Part shown: positions 1-11,987 of the stretch, in pieces
How the letters are laid out: the number at the start of each line of letters is the position of its first letter
Numbering within the stretch: the stretch's first letter is position 1
DNA from: Lytechinus pictus
Taxonomy: Eukaryota
Assembly (NCBI RefSeq): GCF_037042905.1
Contig: NC_087258.1
Location: forward strand, 15,748,001-15,812,000
Length of the DNA: 64,000 bases
Direction of reading: 5' to 3'
Notes under the pieces: model-generated
What the model was told of the DNA's origin: nothing
Seen by the model: the letters and a program-made list of their open reading frames with translations, nothing else
The model's database searches: none
Position numbers and translations under genes: made by a program

Positions 1-371
1 ATTGATTTCATGATATCAATAAAAGATCGTGAATCATATGCCAATATTGAAAAAATTATTCCCAATAAACCGAGAATCCCGGTTTCCCCTTCTGTGGGAC
101 ACTCTATACACATGTATATAAAGGGGCTTTCAAAATTGGTCGTGCAACTTTTCCGCAAAATATAATGTAACAATTATGATTGCACAACCAAATGTGAAAG
201 TACCTTCAGAAAATATAAAAAAAGATTGGGAGACAAAAGAGAGAGAAGGGGGATAAGAGAGAAAGAAAGAGAGAGAGCGGGTGATAATGGGACAAGTTTT
301 ATATGAAACCGGGTACAAGAATAAACACAAGTAGCCAAAAGGAAGTGTAACACGGATCATTTACTGTCCAG

Positions 372-517
372 GGCCCCGTTGCATAAAATTTACTACTGTA
401 GTAACTCTGTCATCCAGTGAAATTCTTGGTTTTGATTGGCTGCGTAGCATCGTTACCATGGTATTTACCATTGGGTGGCAAAGTTACTATGAAAGTAACT
501 TATATGCAACGGGGGCC
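372..517. mobile_element. PIF/Harbinger-like MITE
   Basis: TIRs GGCCCCGTTGCATA...TATGCAACGGGGGCC flanked by CAG direct repeats (369-371, 518-520). Confidence 0.7.
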
Positions 518-520
518 CAG

Positions 521-976
521 GTGGGTGTTTCATAAAGCTCTTCGTAAATTTATGCACGACTTTATGCATGGCTAGACCATGTTCTTGGGTGCTATGTCAG
601 GTACAAAGTGGAGCGCTGTGGCCCAGTGGATTAGTCTTTTGACTTTGAAACAGAGGGTCGTGGGTTCGAATCCCAGCCATGGCGTAATTTCCTTCAGCAA
701 GAAACTCATCCACACTGCTGCACTCAACCCAGGTGAGGTGAATGGGTACCCGGTAGGAAGAAATTCCTTGAATGCTTGAGCGCCTAGGCAGCTCAGCTAA
801 AGCCGGGGTAATAATAATAGCAGGGCCTGCTGGTAGAACAGTTTTTGAAACTGAAGTGGCTACCCTGGGTAAATATATCTATATTATTATTATTATATAT
901 CATACAGCACAAGAAAGGGTCACCAGTCAGACATAGAGTCAGTCGTAACTCACGAACGGATTCATAAAACACCCTC
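521..976. mobile_element. Harbinger-like MITE interrupted by a SINE
   Basis: Ends GGGTGTTTCATAAAG...TTCATAAAACACCC. Same family as the copies at ~1165-1332 and ~59642-59825. SINE inserted at ~608-898. Confidence 0.6.
608..898 (+). mobile_element. tRNA-derived SINE
   Basis: A box TGGCCCAGTGG and B box GGTTCGAATCC in a tRNA-like head, followed by a non-tRNA body (CCTTCAGCAAG...CCCAGGTG...AATGGGTACC) and a (TAT)n tail. Confidence 0.8.
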
Positions 977-1164
977 CTGGCAAAACAACGAATTCTAAAA
1001 TTTAGCCCAAATGTCATTCGCAGATGAACTTATATTTCAGACTGTATTTCAATGCAATTTAAACCAAGGTGAAAATTTCATCATAATCTAGCTCATGTAA
1101 AATAAGAAACTGCATGGCATTTCCTGGTGTCACTTAATTCTAGTCAGTATGCACGTAAGGGAAC

Positions 1165-1332
1165 GGGCCATTTCATAATGCTGTTCGTAAGTTAAAACCG
1201 ACTTTAAGAAAGACTGGTGATCATTTCCTGCATTCATTTTCACCATTGGTGATTATTGAGCACGTAAGAAAGGATCACCAGTTCTTCTTAAAGTCGGTCT
1301 TGAATTAACAATTAGCTTTATGAAACACCCTC
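1165..1332. mobile_element. Harbinger-like MITE
   Basis: Long imperfect inverted arms (CGACTTTAAGAAAGACTGGTGATC / GATCACCAGTTCTTCTTAAAGTCG); similar to ~59642-59825. Confidence 0.65.
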
Positions 1333-3722
1333 CAACTCACCATATCTTTTGTATCTTATTATCACGTGAAATCTACAATGGCCTCTTATTTTCCTCATTA
1401 TTATGTGGAACAAGGTTTTGAATTCTCTTTGCATGTATAGGATTATCCTTATTGCAACATAATTATTCTCATTCAATCAATGAAGATGCTTTCTAACTGT
1501 CAAATCTGCAAAAATTGGTATGTCTATGTTTCATCTAGTAAAATACAAAAGAAATGGTGTGTGACATAATCGACTCTCTCATTTACATAATATGACCCCC
1601 CCCCCCCTCTGTCTTTCTCAAACTGATAATTTTCTAACTTTTTTTTATTTTACATCCGATTTGATGAAACTTTTATTTTGATTGTTTGATAATTCAACTC
1701 AACTTTTTGTTGGGGTGGACTTGCCCTTAAAAGTATATCAGATGAAGCTTTCCTAACAGTCAAACGGCTAACTGGACTTTCACTTTTGTTACTCTCCATT
1801 CATTAGAAAAGGTTCAGTAATACAATGCATTCCAGAAATGAATGTCCAAAATGTAAGCCATTCAACAAATGGGCCTGTTGAATTGTTTGCCTTATTACAG
1901 AGTAATCTTTTATGGGCCATAGATACGTTAAATGTATTATAATTGCTCCCAAATTAATTTGTGGACCACTAATGACAAAATGCATGATAAATGAAAACCC
2001 TACCCCCCCCCCCTCCAAAAAAGGGGGAGAGAGAGGGGGGTTGAAACATCACAACACTAAGGAATGGACATTACTGGTCCAAAAATTGATAAAGCAATGA
2101 ATCTTAGCTTGAACCTATCACAAAAACTATACAGTATTACAATAATTTATTACAAAATTGCAAAATTTATTATGTAGCGCTTGTTTTTTTTTCTAAGCGC
2201 TGCATACTGTACCCATGTACTACCTACACTTTGGTGGAGAGGGCCAAATTCAGAATAGAAAGGCGGGTTGTCATCCCCGTCCAAAACAGACAAAAAATGT
2301 GGGAGTTTACGCTTTTTGTCTTAAAATATCAGTTAAATTCACCAAACTATGCAAAATTAGCCTTAAATTTCACGAATGAAACTGCAAGTTTCATGATTAG
2401 CTTGGTCGCTTTGTTCCCTTGCTTTGGGAATAAAAAAAAAACATCTTCCGTTAAAGCCTAAGACTTTCATGTTGTAATTCTACTAAAATCCAAAATGAAG
2501 CCTTAAATAATGACATATTATATTACAACATGAACAAGTTGTTTAAAAACAATTACACAAAAGTTTAAACAACTTTTTTTAGAGTGACAGGCTTAAACAC
2601 GTGCTTTTTTACTATGAAGGTAGGATTCAATGGAGAAAAATTAATCAACCAAATCAGTTCATCTTCCTTCCATGAATGCGGCGAGTCTTTTACCTTTCTC
2701 CTTATTTGTTTTATATTTTAATGGCGTTATTCAGAAAACTAACGGAAAAACTGAATTACAAAACCAGTGTCTATCTTGATAAATCTGCAGTTAATACATT
2801 CCCTGTATGTCGATCGATGCTGACTGAATTCTGCTATAACAGGCCTGTTAACGTCCTTGGAACATTCCCGTGCTGTAATATAAAGTATCTGATAGGCTAA
2901 ATGAGAAGACGATCGTTGTTTGAAAAGTTTAAACAGTAAAGCTTTAACAATAGTTGTTAGAGAGACGGGCTTAAACAACGTGCTTATAATTTTAAACAGC
3001 GCTTTTAACAGTGTTAAGGGTTGTTTTACAATCAAAGTATACTGCGCGTCTCATTTCACTTTAAAAAAATTTCGTCACTAATTATTCTAAGTTTGTTGCA
3101 TAAAATATATGTAAAAGTATCCATAGAAACATAATATAATCAAGTACAATACGCGTATATAACTACCGAATTCGGAGAGGACGTTTTGGACAGAATACCC
3201 AAATTTGAGCTAAAAGTCGCACAAATAATCGAGTTATCTGTAGCTTTTCCATGGGCTGTCATTTATTTAAACAGTCAATTCTGATTGGTAAAACAATGCC
3301 TTGTCATAGCTGATTAATACATCCGGGAATAGATATGCGATATGCGCGGTCTTGAAATTGGAGGGGAATAAATGAAACTGCAATTTTTTTCCTACTTTAA
3401 TGCCAGATATGGTCGTTTGAGAAGTATTGTCTTGCAGCTCAGTGCCTGATAACTTACACATAATTGTTTTTATGGTGCACAGAAGACCTTAAAAACACAC
3501 TCTGATTGTAAAAAAACCGTAACATCCTCTGGAACATTCCCGCCTTGTAAGTGAAGTTCCTCGGACTCCGGACCGGACTCGCGGACCGGCAACAACTGGA
3601 TCCTTGATCACCTCTCACCATGGTGAGGCTGCATCGGGTGAACTTTCCAACCATGGTATCCGCATGGTCCCATGTTAGGATGAAATACACTGTCCACATC
3701 TTATTCCTTCTCGTGGTAAAAC

Positions 3723-3747
3723 CATGGAGCTGTTTAATAGCTCCATG
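3723..3747. mobile_element. 25-bp palindromic micro-insertion with 7-bp TSD
   Basis: CATGGAGCTGTTTAATAGCTCCATG flanked by GTAAAAC at 3716-3722 and 3748-3754. Confidence 0.6.
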
Positions 3748-3888
3748 GTAAAACTGCGGGTGCATATACAACGTACATGGAAGACCTCATCTCACCACAA
3801 TTGCCTTCCGAGTAACACTCTGCTATCCACCTGACCTATCATCATCTCTTGATCATCATCTCCTAGCTGCTCGGTTCTTCGCTGACAG

Positions 3889-4044
3889 GGCTCCGTAACA
3901 CAAAGATTAGCGATCAATCGCTAAATGAACTGACCAATCAATATCAATGTTACATGCGCATAAGGTTTAAAATTCTGGCCAGCGACCAATCAGTGCGGTT
4001 CTTCCATATTTGCAATTGATCGCAAACCTTTGTGTTACGGAGCC
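3889..4044. mobile_element. Harbinger-like MITE
   Basis: TIRs GGCTCCGTAACACAAAG...CTTTGTGTTACGGAGCC; CAG TSD at 3886-3888 and 4045-4047. Confidence 0.75.
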
Positions 4045-4701
4045 CAGGTCATATGAAGGAAGATGTGTCTGTGGATGTGTCCTCGAACGTATGCCTTTAT
4101 CCCACTTCCAATCATCCAATGTGGCTCGCAGGCTCAGGATATGGACACGCATTGAGTGGTAGAAGTCTTGGTCGACACCTTGCCCTGATGAAAAACAACA
4201 GGAAAGGAAAATATACACGAAGCAGTCATACATGTACCGTTTCTCTTCTATATGTCAACAAAATAACGGTTCCCAATTGGAGCATGCAAAAAAAAAAAAA
4301 GAAAGAAAAGAAGAAAGGAAGGAAAGAAAGAATAAAAAGGAGAATAGACAAAAGAAATTAAGAAAAATGGTCCCAATACCTTTTCCTTCTCTCAAAAGCC
4401 TAAATTCAGTATTCTTTTCACTAACTTTAAAAATCTTTCCCTAATCCTTTCATCTGATTGGTTGGAAGTAGAAAATGTGCAATGGCATTTAGTTTTATGC
4501 TGCTCCTGCGATCCTGCTTAGGTGATGCCTTGGCTAGGAAAAGGGCGATTTAGAAAAAAAAATGATGTGATTCCAAAGATTTTTGGCATCGATTATCACT
4601 ATTTTGGCAAATAAAAAAAGCAGTTGCCAAATGAGCAATTGTCAAAAGGTATTTTACGTAATATATGCGCTCTCTGATTGATCTGATACCACACATTGTA
4701 A

Positions 4702-4739
4702 ACTCCTGAAGAAGACGGAGGACCGTCGAAAATTCGAGT
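4702..4739 (+). ncRNA. Minimal type I hammerhead ribozyme motif (Penelope-like pLTR remnant)
   Basis: ACTC-CTGAAGA-A-GACGG(AGGA)CCGTC-GAAA-AT-TC-GAGT: stem I ACTC/GAGT, stem II 5 bp, palindromic AATT mini stem III. AATAAA follows. Confidence 0.55.
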
Positions 4740-4818
4740 GAAAAATAAAAAATTCATTGGCGATCAAAGCATTATCAGTATTATTTTGTTACCTTACTGA
4801 AGCCAATACGTGAAATAA

Positions 4819-4849
<31 letters not shown>

Positions 4850-6179
4850 CACGTATGTAATAAACTTCACGAGTCACTGGAGACCGTCATGAACATGTCG
4901 CTTTTCAGATCAGTATATTAAAATTTAAGCTCGTGCTCGCAATATTCTCTTCATTACTCACTACAAACTATACTTTTTTTTACTGAGATCAGTGTATTAA
5001 AATATTCAGCTCGCGCTTCGCGCTCGCATTAATCATTTAATTACATTCGCATCATGTTCATGATTATAAACAACTGCTCAAAATATTTAATCTTAATACA
5101 TGAAATATAAAAAGAATTAGGTCGTGCTTCGCGCTCGCGTTATTTCTTTATGTCTTATCTTGAGTGTAAGATCAAATCTGAGATGTAGTTAAAACATCAA
5201 TCTTTTGAGAGGAATACCCCCATTCAACTTTTGGCCGCCAATCAGGGACAGTGTGAATGAAAATATATTTCTGCCAACTCCCCCCCCCCCCCCCCCCCCC
5301 ATTGGCGAAAGGTGGATTCGCCCCTGAGTATATGGATGTGCTCAAGTGCTCGAAAGGTTTTCACTTCTAGTCAGGACAATAAAATTTTACCTGGCGCTTT
5401 GGGCTCTCGTTATTCATATATTAAGAAACACAAATTGTTCTTTATCTAAAAACGTGTTTAAAATTTCACATTTTCAGATAGGAATATGAAAAATATTCCA
5501 GCTCGTGCTTTGCGCTCGTATTACTTGATTCCCGAGATACACAGATATTTGTTTATCTTAAATCACGCTAGTTGTCGGGTTAGAATATCCAAAAATTTCA
5601 GCTCGTGCTTCGCGCTCGCATCAATGGAATTATTTTATACTCATGGCTGTCCTGACAGTTTTATGAGCTGATAATTTTTGATATTCTAATCTGACAAATA
5701 AAAGTGTCCTTTTTCATTTCATCATTATGAAAGTTTTAGCTCGCGCTTCGCACTTGCATTCATTTTTTTTAAATTAGATATGCATCGTGTTCATCATGAT
5801 AACTACTTAAGCTTTCAGGATAAAATACATGAAAATAAGAAAATCAGATCGCGCTTCGCATTCGCATTATTCATTAAGGCTTAGTGAAATACATCGTGTT
5901 TTTTATAATAAATCTCATATTTTCTTTAATTTCGGTCTGTACCCCCCCCCCCCCCACTGATCTTTTCTATCTTGGTGCCCCCTCCCCATGCGCCCCTGCT
6001 GAATAAATCCCAGCTTCACCACTGATGAGGAGATTGAGTCGATTGCCTTCGAGATTGCATTATTCTCAAGAGGTTATCAATCTGACTGAAGGCTATTAAA
6101 AAACAACTATAAATAAATTGCCCCTCCCGCTCACACAATTCTAGCAGGGCCTACTCTGGTGAGAGGTTAAACGAAATTG

Positions 6180-6418
6180 CACAGCAAAAACTGTGGTGTT
6201 AACGGGTGTACATAGAGGACCACACCAGTTATTTTACGCACGTGTTAAATTGACAGTGTTAGTTTAACACCGATAGGTGTGATCACAACACCTTTGGTTG
6301 TTACATTTACACTCTTTGGTGTTATTTTCAATCTCTAGGGTGTAATGTTAACACCTCAGGGTGTGGTCCTCTATTAACACCAACTGGTGTCAGTTTTAAC
6401 ACCACAGTTTTTACGGTG
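6180..6418. mobile_element. CMC/EnSpm-like MITE (copy 1 of 3)
   Basis: CAC...GTG ends, TIR core AAAAACTGTGGTGTTAA, TG 2-bp TSD. Near-identical copies at 31830-32062 and 54240-54473. Confidence 0.75.
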
Positions 6419-6854
6419 TGAAATCGCCAAATGCTCAAAACAGAAAATCGCTGGGGCTTCGCGCTCGCATTTATTCTTTTTTTAAGTGATATTACATTCA
6501 TGGTTTTTTTTTCGTGAGCACGTTAAAAAAGTGGCATTCAATTTCCTTTTTTCATGTGATTATGAAATAAGAAAATTCAACATGCATTTGAAGGCACTTA
6601 TGTTTGCCTAGCGGGGATGGAGGGGGCGCCATTTTTCGAAAAGTACACAGAGGCGCCAAAATCAGGTCAATTTTGGGACCCCTCCCTACGAAATCCTGGA
6701 TCCTCGCCTGTTCGCATGATATTAGAAATATCTTTTTTAAGAGGGGGTGGACTAGCTGCTTGGTCAGTATATAAGGTTTTCCATAATATGCAATTCTCAT
6801 TTTATTGAATAAAGCAACGTTGAAATTTATTCTAGAACTGCGCCTGGGTTTAAG

Positions 6855-7134
6855 GGTTACACTTCGTAATTCCGAAGGTTCTTTATTCCGAAGTTTCGTA
6901 ATTCCGAAGGTTCGATAATCCGAACACGAAATAAGGTTCGATGTTCCGAAGGTTCGTTAGTCCGAAAACGAAATAAGGTTCGTTGTTCCGAATGTTCGTT
7001 CATCCGAAAACGAAATAAGGTTCGTTAATCATTACGTTTTCGGACTAACGAACCTTCGGAATTACGAACCTCATTTCGTTTTCGGAATAACGAACCTTCG
7101 GAATAACCGAAGCTTCGGAATTACGAATGTATGC
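6855..7134. mobile_element. Small foldback element with 9-bp TSD (MULE-like)
   Basis: Arms built of TTCGTAATTCCGAAGG-type subrepeats in inverted orientation; GGGTTTAAG duplicated at 6846-6854 and 7135-7143. Confidence 0.7.
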
Positions 7135-8985
7135 GGGTTTAAGTACAATTTAAATATCTCTCGCTTCGCGTTCGCATTATTTTATTTGGGCTTGTGAAAT
7201 AGATCTTCCTTAACGTAAAGCTAAGATGATAATAAACCCGTAAGTTATCAGCAAGAATACACCCCCCCCCTCATAAAAAGCAATCCCTCGATCGGAAAAA
7301 TATGGATGAAAATACACCCCCACCCTATCGGCGAAAGTTAGATCCGCCCCTGGTAAAGAAATTACAGCTCCCGCTCAAAAAGGAAGAAAATAACTATAAA
7401 ATCAAATCGTTAAGGTTTGAATCTAAAGCAATAGCAATCTATATGAATCCAATTACGAAATTTAGAGTGCAATTCTAATAATGAATTCATTTTATGCATG
7501 GTTGTCGTGCATTGTTCTACATTTTAAAGCTTTTCAGCCAATGAAAGTTTGAATTTGAAAAAGGGGTAAATTTTTCACTTAATACGAAATAAACAGTCCG
7601 GGAAAGAGTACATTATATCTTTTAGAAGACCCAATACTGTGCATCCATAGACGTCACCAGGACCTTTTTTGGGGGGGGGTTGTCAATAATTGAATCAAAG
7701 GCATTTTATATAAGCAATTAATGCAAGCACGAGGGGTGAGCCGATTTGTTTGATATAATACACTTACCTGGAAGGTGAAAATGTTAAAGGCTAATTTGTA
7801 AGAATTCATGAACATGATATGTAATGCGTGCGCGAAGCCCGAGCTGATTTTTTTAAATATCTTCATTTAAAAAGGGAAATTTCAATGATTGATTGTAGAA
7901 ATTAATGAAGTGGATTTGTGTCTCCCCTATCGATTCAGTGCGTGGTGAAAAGCTGTAACATTATTAAACTATAAAGAATATGTAATCCAGAAACTATTTG
8001 TAAGAATTAAAGAATAGTGTATCAAAAGCCGCAGCTACAGATGAAAAGTTACTAACACTCATACAGGAACAAGGTTATATAGCCAATACTAAGTAATATA
8101 TGCGTTTGCAAAGAGAATATTTGAAGGACTATTTGTTGGAATTCCTTAAGAGAATACGAATATATCACTAATCAAAAGTTGGCACGAATATTCAGCCCTG
8201 GGTAAATGTATTGGTAACTGCATCACCTTCGGTGGTATGGCTGTGCCTTTATCCCTTTGCCTTTTCTCTTCATTATTTCCTTTTCTTTATTTGCGCCCCT
8301 TTGCCTTTCGAGCCCCCCCCCCCTCCCCCCCCCCCTGCTCCCGGGACACGTGCCTCCCCTTTACTCCCCCCTCCTTGATAAGTCGCTTCATGTCAGGGAG
8401 CTGTCCATTCCCATCCTCTCTTTAAAACGATGCAGTACCTATACTAGTGCAGGCAGGAGGCTTTAATATACGCTTTGACTTGGCCTTTTTAGCCAACGTG
8501 TATTGTTTAGCCATTAAAAGGTTCCTTAACGTATAACCGTACAACACTGATGTGTATTTCACTTACCTGGTCTTGCTATCTCTAAAAGTGATGTTTGAAA
8601 TCATTTCCTGAAGTTTCCATGATTTCTTCTCGTATCCAGCAATATCAGGAAGAAAATCGGTAGGATGCCCTTTTTTGGAAACACCTATCGGCTGTATAAT
8701 TCTGCAGTCATGTTGGACATCATTCCTTCAGAATTTACGCCGTTGTTGCCGTTGTTGAATGTCATATTGCATTCCTGTCGGTAAAATACACTCATTCACT
8801 CTTTTCTGTCCCATTCACTGTCGCTTGCCCCTATTCAAACTTTCCCGCCATTGTGTGCTCGTTTTTTCTTCACCCCAGTGCATCATAGTGGACCTACTAT
8901 GAATGGACATTCGCCGTTGTCATGGTAACGTCAATGGATTCATAGTGATTGTCTCCGTCAGTCAGGTGCTGCACGAGACCGGGGG

Positions 8986-9140
8986 AGTGTTTCATCAACA
9001 TTTTCATCCGACAAGTTGTCAGATCTGACATCTTTCTCTGATGTTGATTGGCTGAGAGGTACTGTTACTATGGTAACTGTCGGATAAAATGGGACTTGTC
9101 GGATAAAACGTCTGACAAGTCCTTTCATGAAACGCCCCCC
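8986..9140. mobile_element. Harbinger-like MITE
   Basis: GGGGGAGTGTTTCATCAA...TTTCATGAAACGCCCCC imperfect TIRs; approximate boundaries. Confidence 0.55.
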
Positions 9141-9292
9141 AGGGGAGGGCTGGGCCGGCTGTATCCCTGCCACTTTTTTCCTAACACCGTGTTCAAACAC
9201 AAATAAAAATGAGCATCTGATTGTAAACTTTTGCATGGTCACCCCACTTTCAAAACCGTATAACGTTCCGTGGCCCTTGTCAATCTCATTTG

Positions 9293-10686
9293 CAGTGACT
9301 ATGGGGGGAGGGGGCACCCCCCCCCCCCCGAGATTTGGTGTGCCACCCAGGGCCCCCCTGAAAAAAAATGGCGGAGCAAAAAAAAGGGGAGAAAGAAAGA
9401 ATAGAAGAAGATAGAAGAAAAAAGGAAGAGGAAAATGAGAGGAGGAAGACGAATGAATAAAATAGATGAGGGGAAGACTTTCAAAAAAAAATCACGTTAC
9501 TATATAAATTTTCGCTCGTGCGCACATTACATTTGATATTCATATCTTGCTCAATATAGGCTGATATGGAGCTTAGAATATCAAGTTTTGAAGTCAATAT
9601 ACAGAATATATTTAAGCTCGGATATCGAGCTTTCATTATTTCTTTTATTTACAAATTGATTTTGCTCTGTAAAATGTCCTTTTCATGGTCTAAAATATTA
9701 ACATTATCAGCTCACGCTGCACGGTTGCATGATTTGTTAAGTTTCCATTGTCTTCGCGAATTCCATAAAGTTCTCAAAATATCCCTTTTCAGATGTGATA
9801 TTGTAAAAACGTATAGGCCTATCAGCTAGCGCTTCGCGCGCGTATAATTTATTAAGTGTGATCCACATCCACTTCACAATTTTCCTACACAGTGCTTTAA
9901 ATAGTGTAAAAGGTGCATGCATGTTTATTAATATAGGCAGCTTTTTTATTAAAAACGTGCTTAAATTATCCAGTATCAGATCAGAATTTCGATGATTTTC
10001 TGCTCGGGCTTCAAGCTCGCATTATTAATGTAGGAAGATACCCAATTAGGGCTTACCCGTTAAAGATTAACAAAACATGAATAGAGTGTTCCGTTTTTAG
10101 GTCTAAAATCTAGATTTTCTACTCGCTCGCGTTTCGCGCTCGCATCAAATGTTTACATACCTATCCCTTTCATGATTACGAAAAGTGCTTAGAATGACAA
10201 TTTTTTTAAGGTCCGAATGTAAAAAAAATTCAGCTCGCACTTCGGGCTCGCATTATTTAGTTGTTGAAATATATATCATCTTCATGGGTAACTGCAAACA
10301 GTCCTCAACAGGTCCCTTTTTGATCAGGCCAGATAGTTTATTAAAAATTTCTGCTCGCGCTTGGCGTTCGAGGTAATTATCTAGTTACATTGGCATCTTG
10401 TTCAGGATCGCAAACATTGCCCCGAATGGTAAATTATCAGGACAAAATGCATGAAAGTATTTATATAAAAAAAAAATAGCTCGCGCTTCGCACTCGCACC
10501 TTAATAGGGCTCATATTTTTGTTGTTTTATAAGAATAAAGCTAAGAAGTGACTGAGAGGACTACCCCCCTTCAAACAAAGAAAAATAAACTTAATTGAGC
10601 GGCCGATCGGCCCCTCCCCCTATTGGCGAAAGCTGGATCCTCCCCTGTGCCCCCAAGGAAAAAAATCGGGCCTAGCTACGCCACTG
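9293..10686. repeat. hAT-like non-autonomous element with GCTCGCGCTTCGCGCTCGC subrepeats
   Basis: CAGTGAC... start, ...CTAGCTACGCCACTG end, same internal motif as 4900-7352. Confidence 0.5.
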
Positions 10687-11694
10687 CTTATTTTGTTTCA
10701 ATAGAATTCGATGTCGCTTATTTCTAAAGATTGACCAAACAGGCACAGAAGACCAGTGCCGTAATGCCCCCCCCCCCCCACAAAAAAAAAAGAAAAAAGA
10801 AAGAAGTGGGGGGCTACGCAAACATGTATGATGGGACAAAATTTAGTAAAAGCTGTAAACGAGCAAAAAATTATATTTTCTAATGCAAACATTTATTTTT
10901 TCGGTGGATTGCTATATACCATTCAGACAATAATATCGCATTTCTCCTTCCCCATATCCTTTCTGATCTGTCCGAACTTTAAGTAGTTAATCTATTTTGT
11001 GGGGGTCATGACCCCCAAAGCCCCCTCCCCCCTCCCCTCATCTGTAGCCCAGTGCAGTAGACAATAACCCACTGATATGTCGGTAAATCGATGCTCAGTC
11101 GTTTCGGGCTTAATTGTAACGATAACCCAACTAGCCAGGATCATTGCCCATAATTCAACATTCTGAGAAGTAAAGTCTTATAAATAGGCAAATTTTGAAT
11201 GATAACGCACTTATTCGTTACTCAGTACATTCATACCGCATTAATTATGTTACCAAGTAACAAAACAACCACTGTTCCTCTCAATATTTTACTTTCTCTA
11301 AGTATAGAAACAAATAAAATCACAGACCAATTCATCATCTGTATTATAAAATAATAGTTATCTCGACCCACAACTCTCCGTTCTTCTCTTTCTAGAGTTC
11401 TCCGTCTTTGTTTCTTGTTTCTCCTCTCCCCTTTTCTTTCTTTTTTTCACACTACTTGAAAAAAATCATACGGGACAGAGGCCCCTCTCTACCCCCTCCC
11501 CATCCGCTTGGCATCGCCCCGTTTGCGTACCCATGTAATTCTCAGCAAAAGTACTTAATCTTATACCTTCAGCACACTTAGGACATAATAAACAGATTCA
11601 CGCCATAATATTACAGCTCTTTTCATATGAAGAAAATTCCTCGTATTAAGTCACTTCTCAAGTTCTGATCGGTTAATTAGAATTGGGATACAGG

Positions 11695-11987
11695 CATAAG
11701 CGTACCTAGGATTTTCCACAGGGGGGGGGGGGCAAAACCGTCCGCCAAAAAAATTGACAAGGTCTTCAATCACAAATAAAGGATTTCGTACCAGAAAAAA
11801 ATTGACAAGCAAAAATAAAAAAAGATAAAAAATAAAAAAAGTCTTCAAGCTCTTCAGGGGGGCAAAAAAAGGGTCTTTCAAGCTCGTCAGGGGGGCCAGG
11901 GATACGTCTTTTGCATGGGTTGTGACTCGTCAGGAGGGGTAGACTGCCCCCTGCCCCCCCCCCCCCCCCCCCGTAGGTACGCTAGTG
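11695..11987. mobile_element. hAT-like MITE
   Basis: GCGTACCTAGG...GTAGGTACGCTAGTG ends; near-TSD GATACAGG/GATACATG; related to 58539-58742. Confidence 0.6.

Larger units (their letters stand above)
4900..7352. repeat. Degenerate array of GCTCGCGCTTCGCGCTCGCATT motifs within hAT-like non-autonomous elements
   Basis: Motif recurs every ~70-120 bp. Segments end in GGCGAAAG..GGAT(T/C)CGCCCCTG-like termini (~5325, ~7352). Several nested MITEs. Confidence 0.55.

Noticed and set aside
608-685. tRNA-Gln-like gene (also tRNA-like heads at ~28759 and ~54740-54810)
   Set aside because: Poor acceptor-stem pairing and direct continuation into a SINE body and tail; these are SINE heads.
8567-8772. Minus-strand frame MQYDIQQRQQRRKF*RNDV... 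with in-frame TGA (8728-8730) as a selenoprotein or antizyme-type frameshift
   Set aside because: No redox motif, no antizyme similarity or TCC-TGA site, and no SECIS identified.
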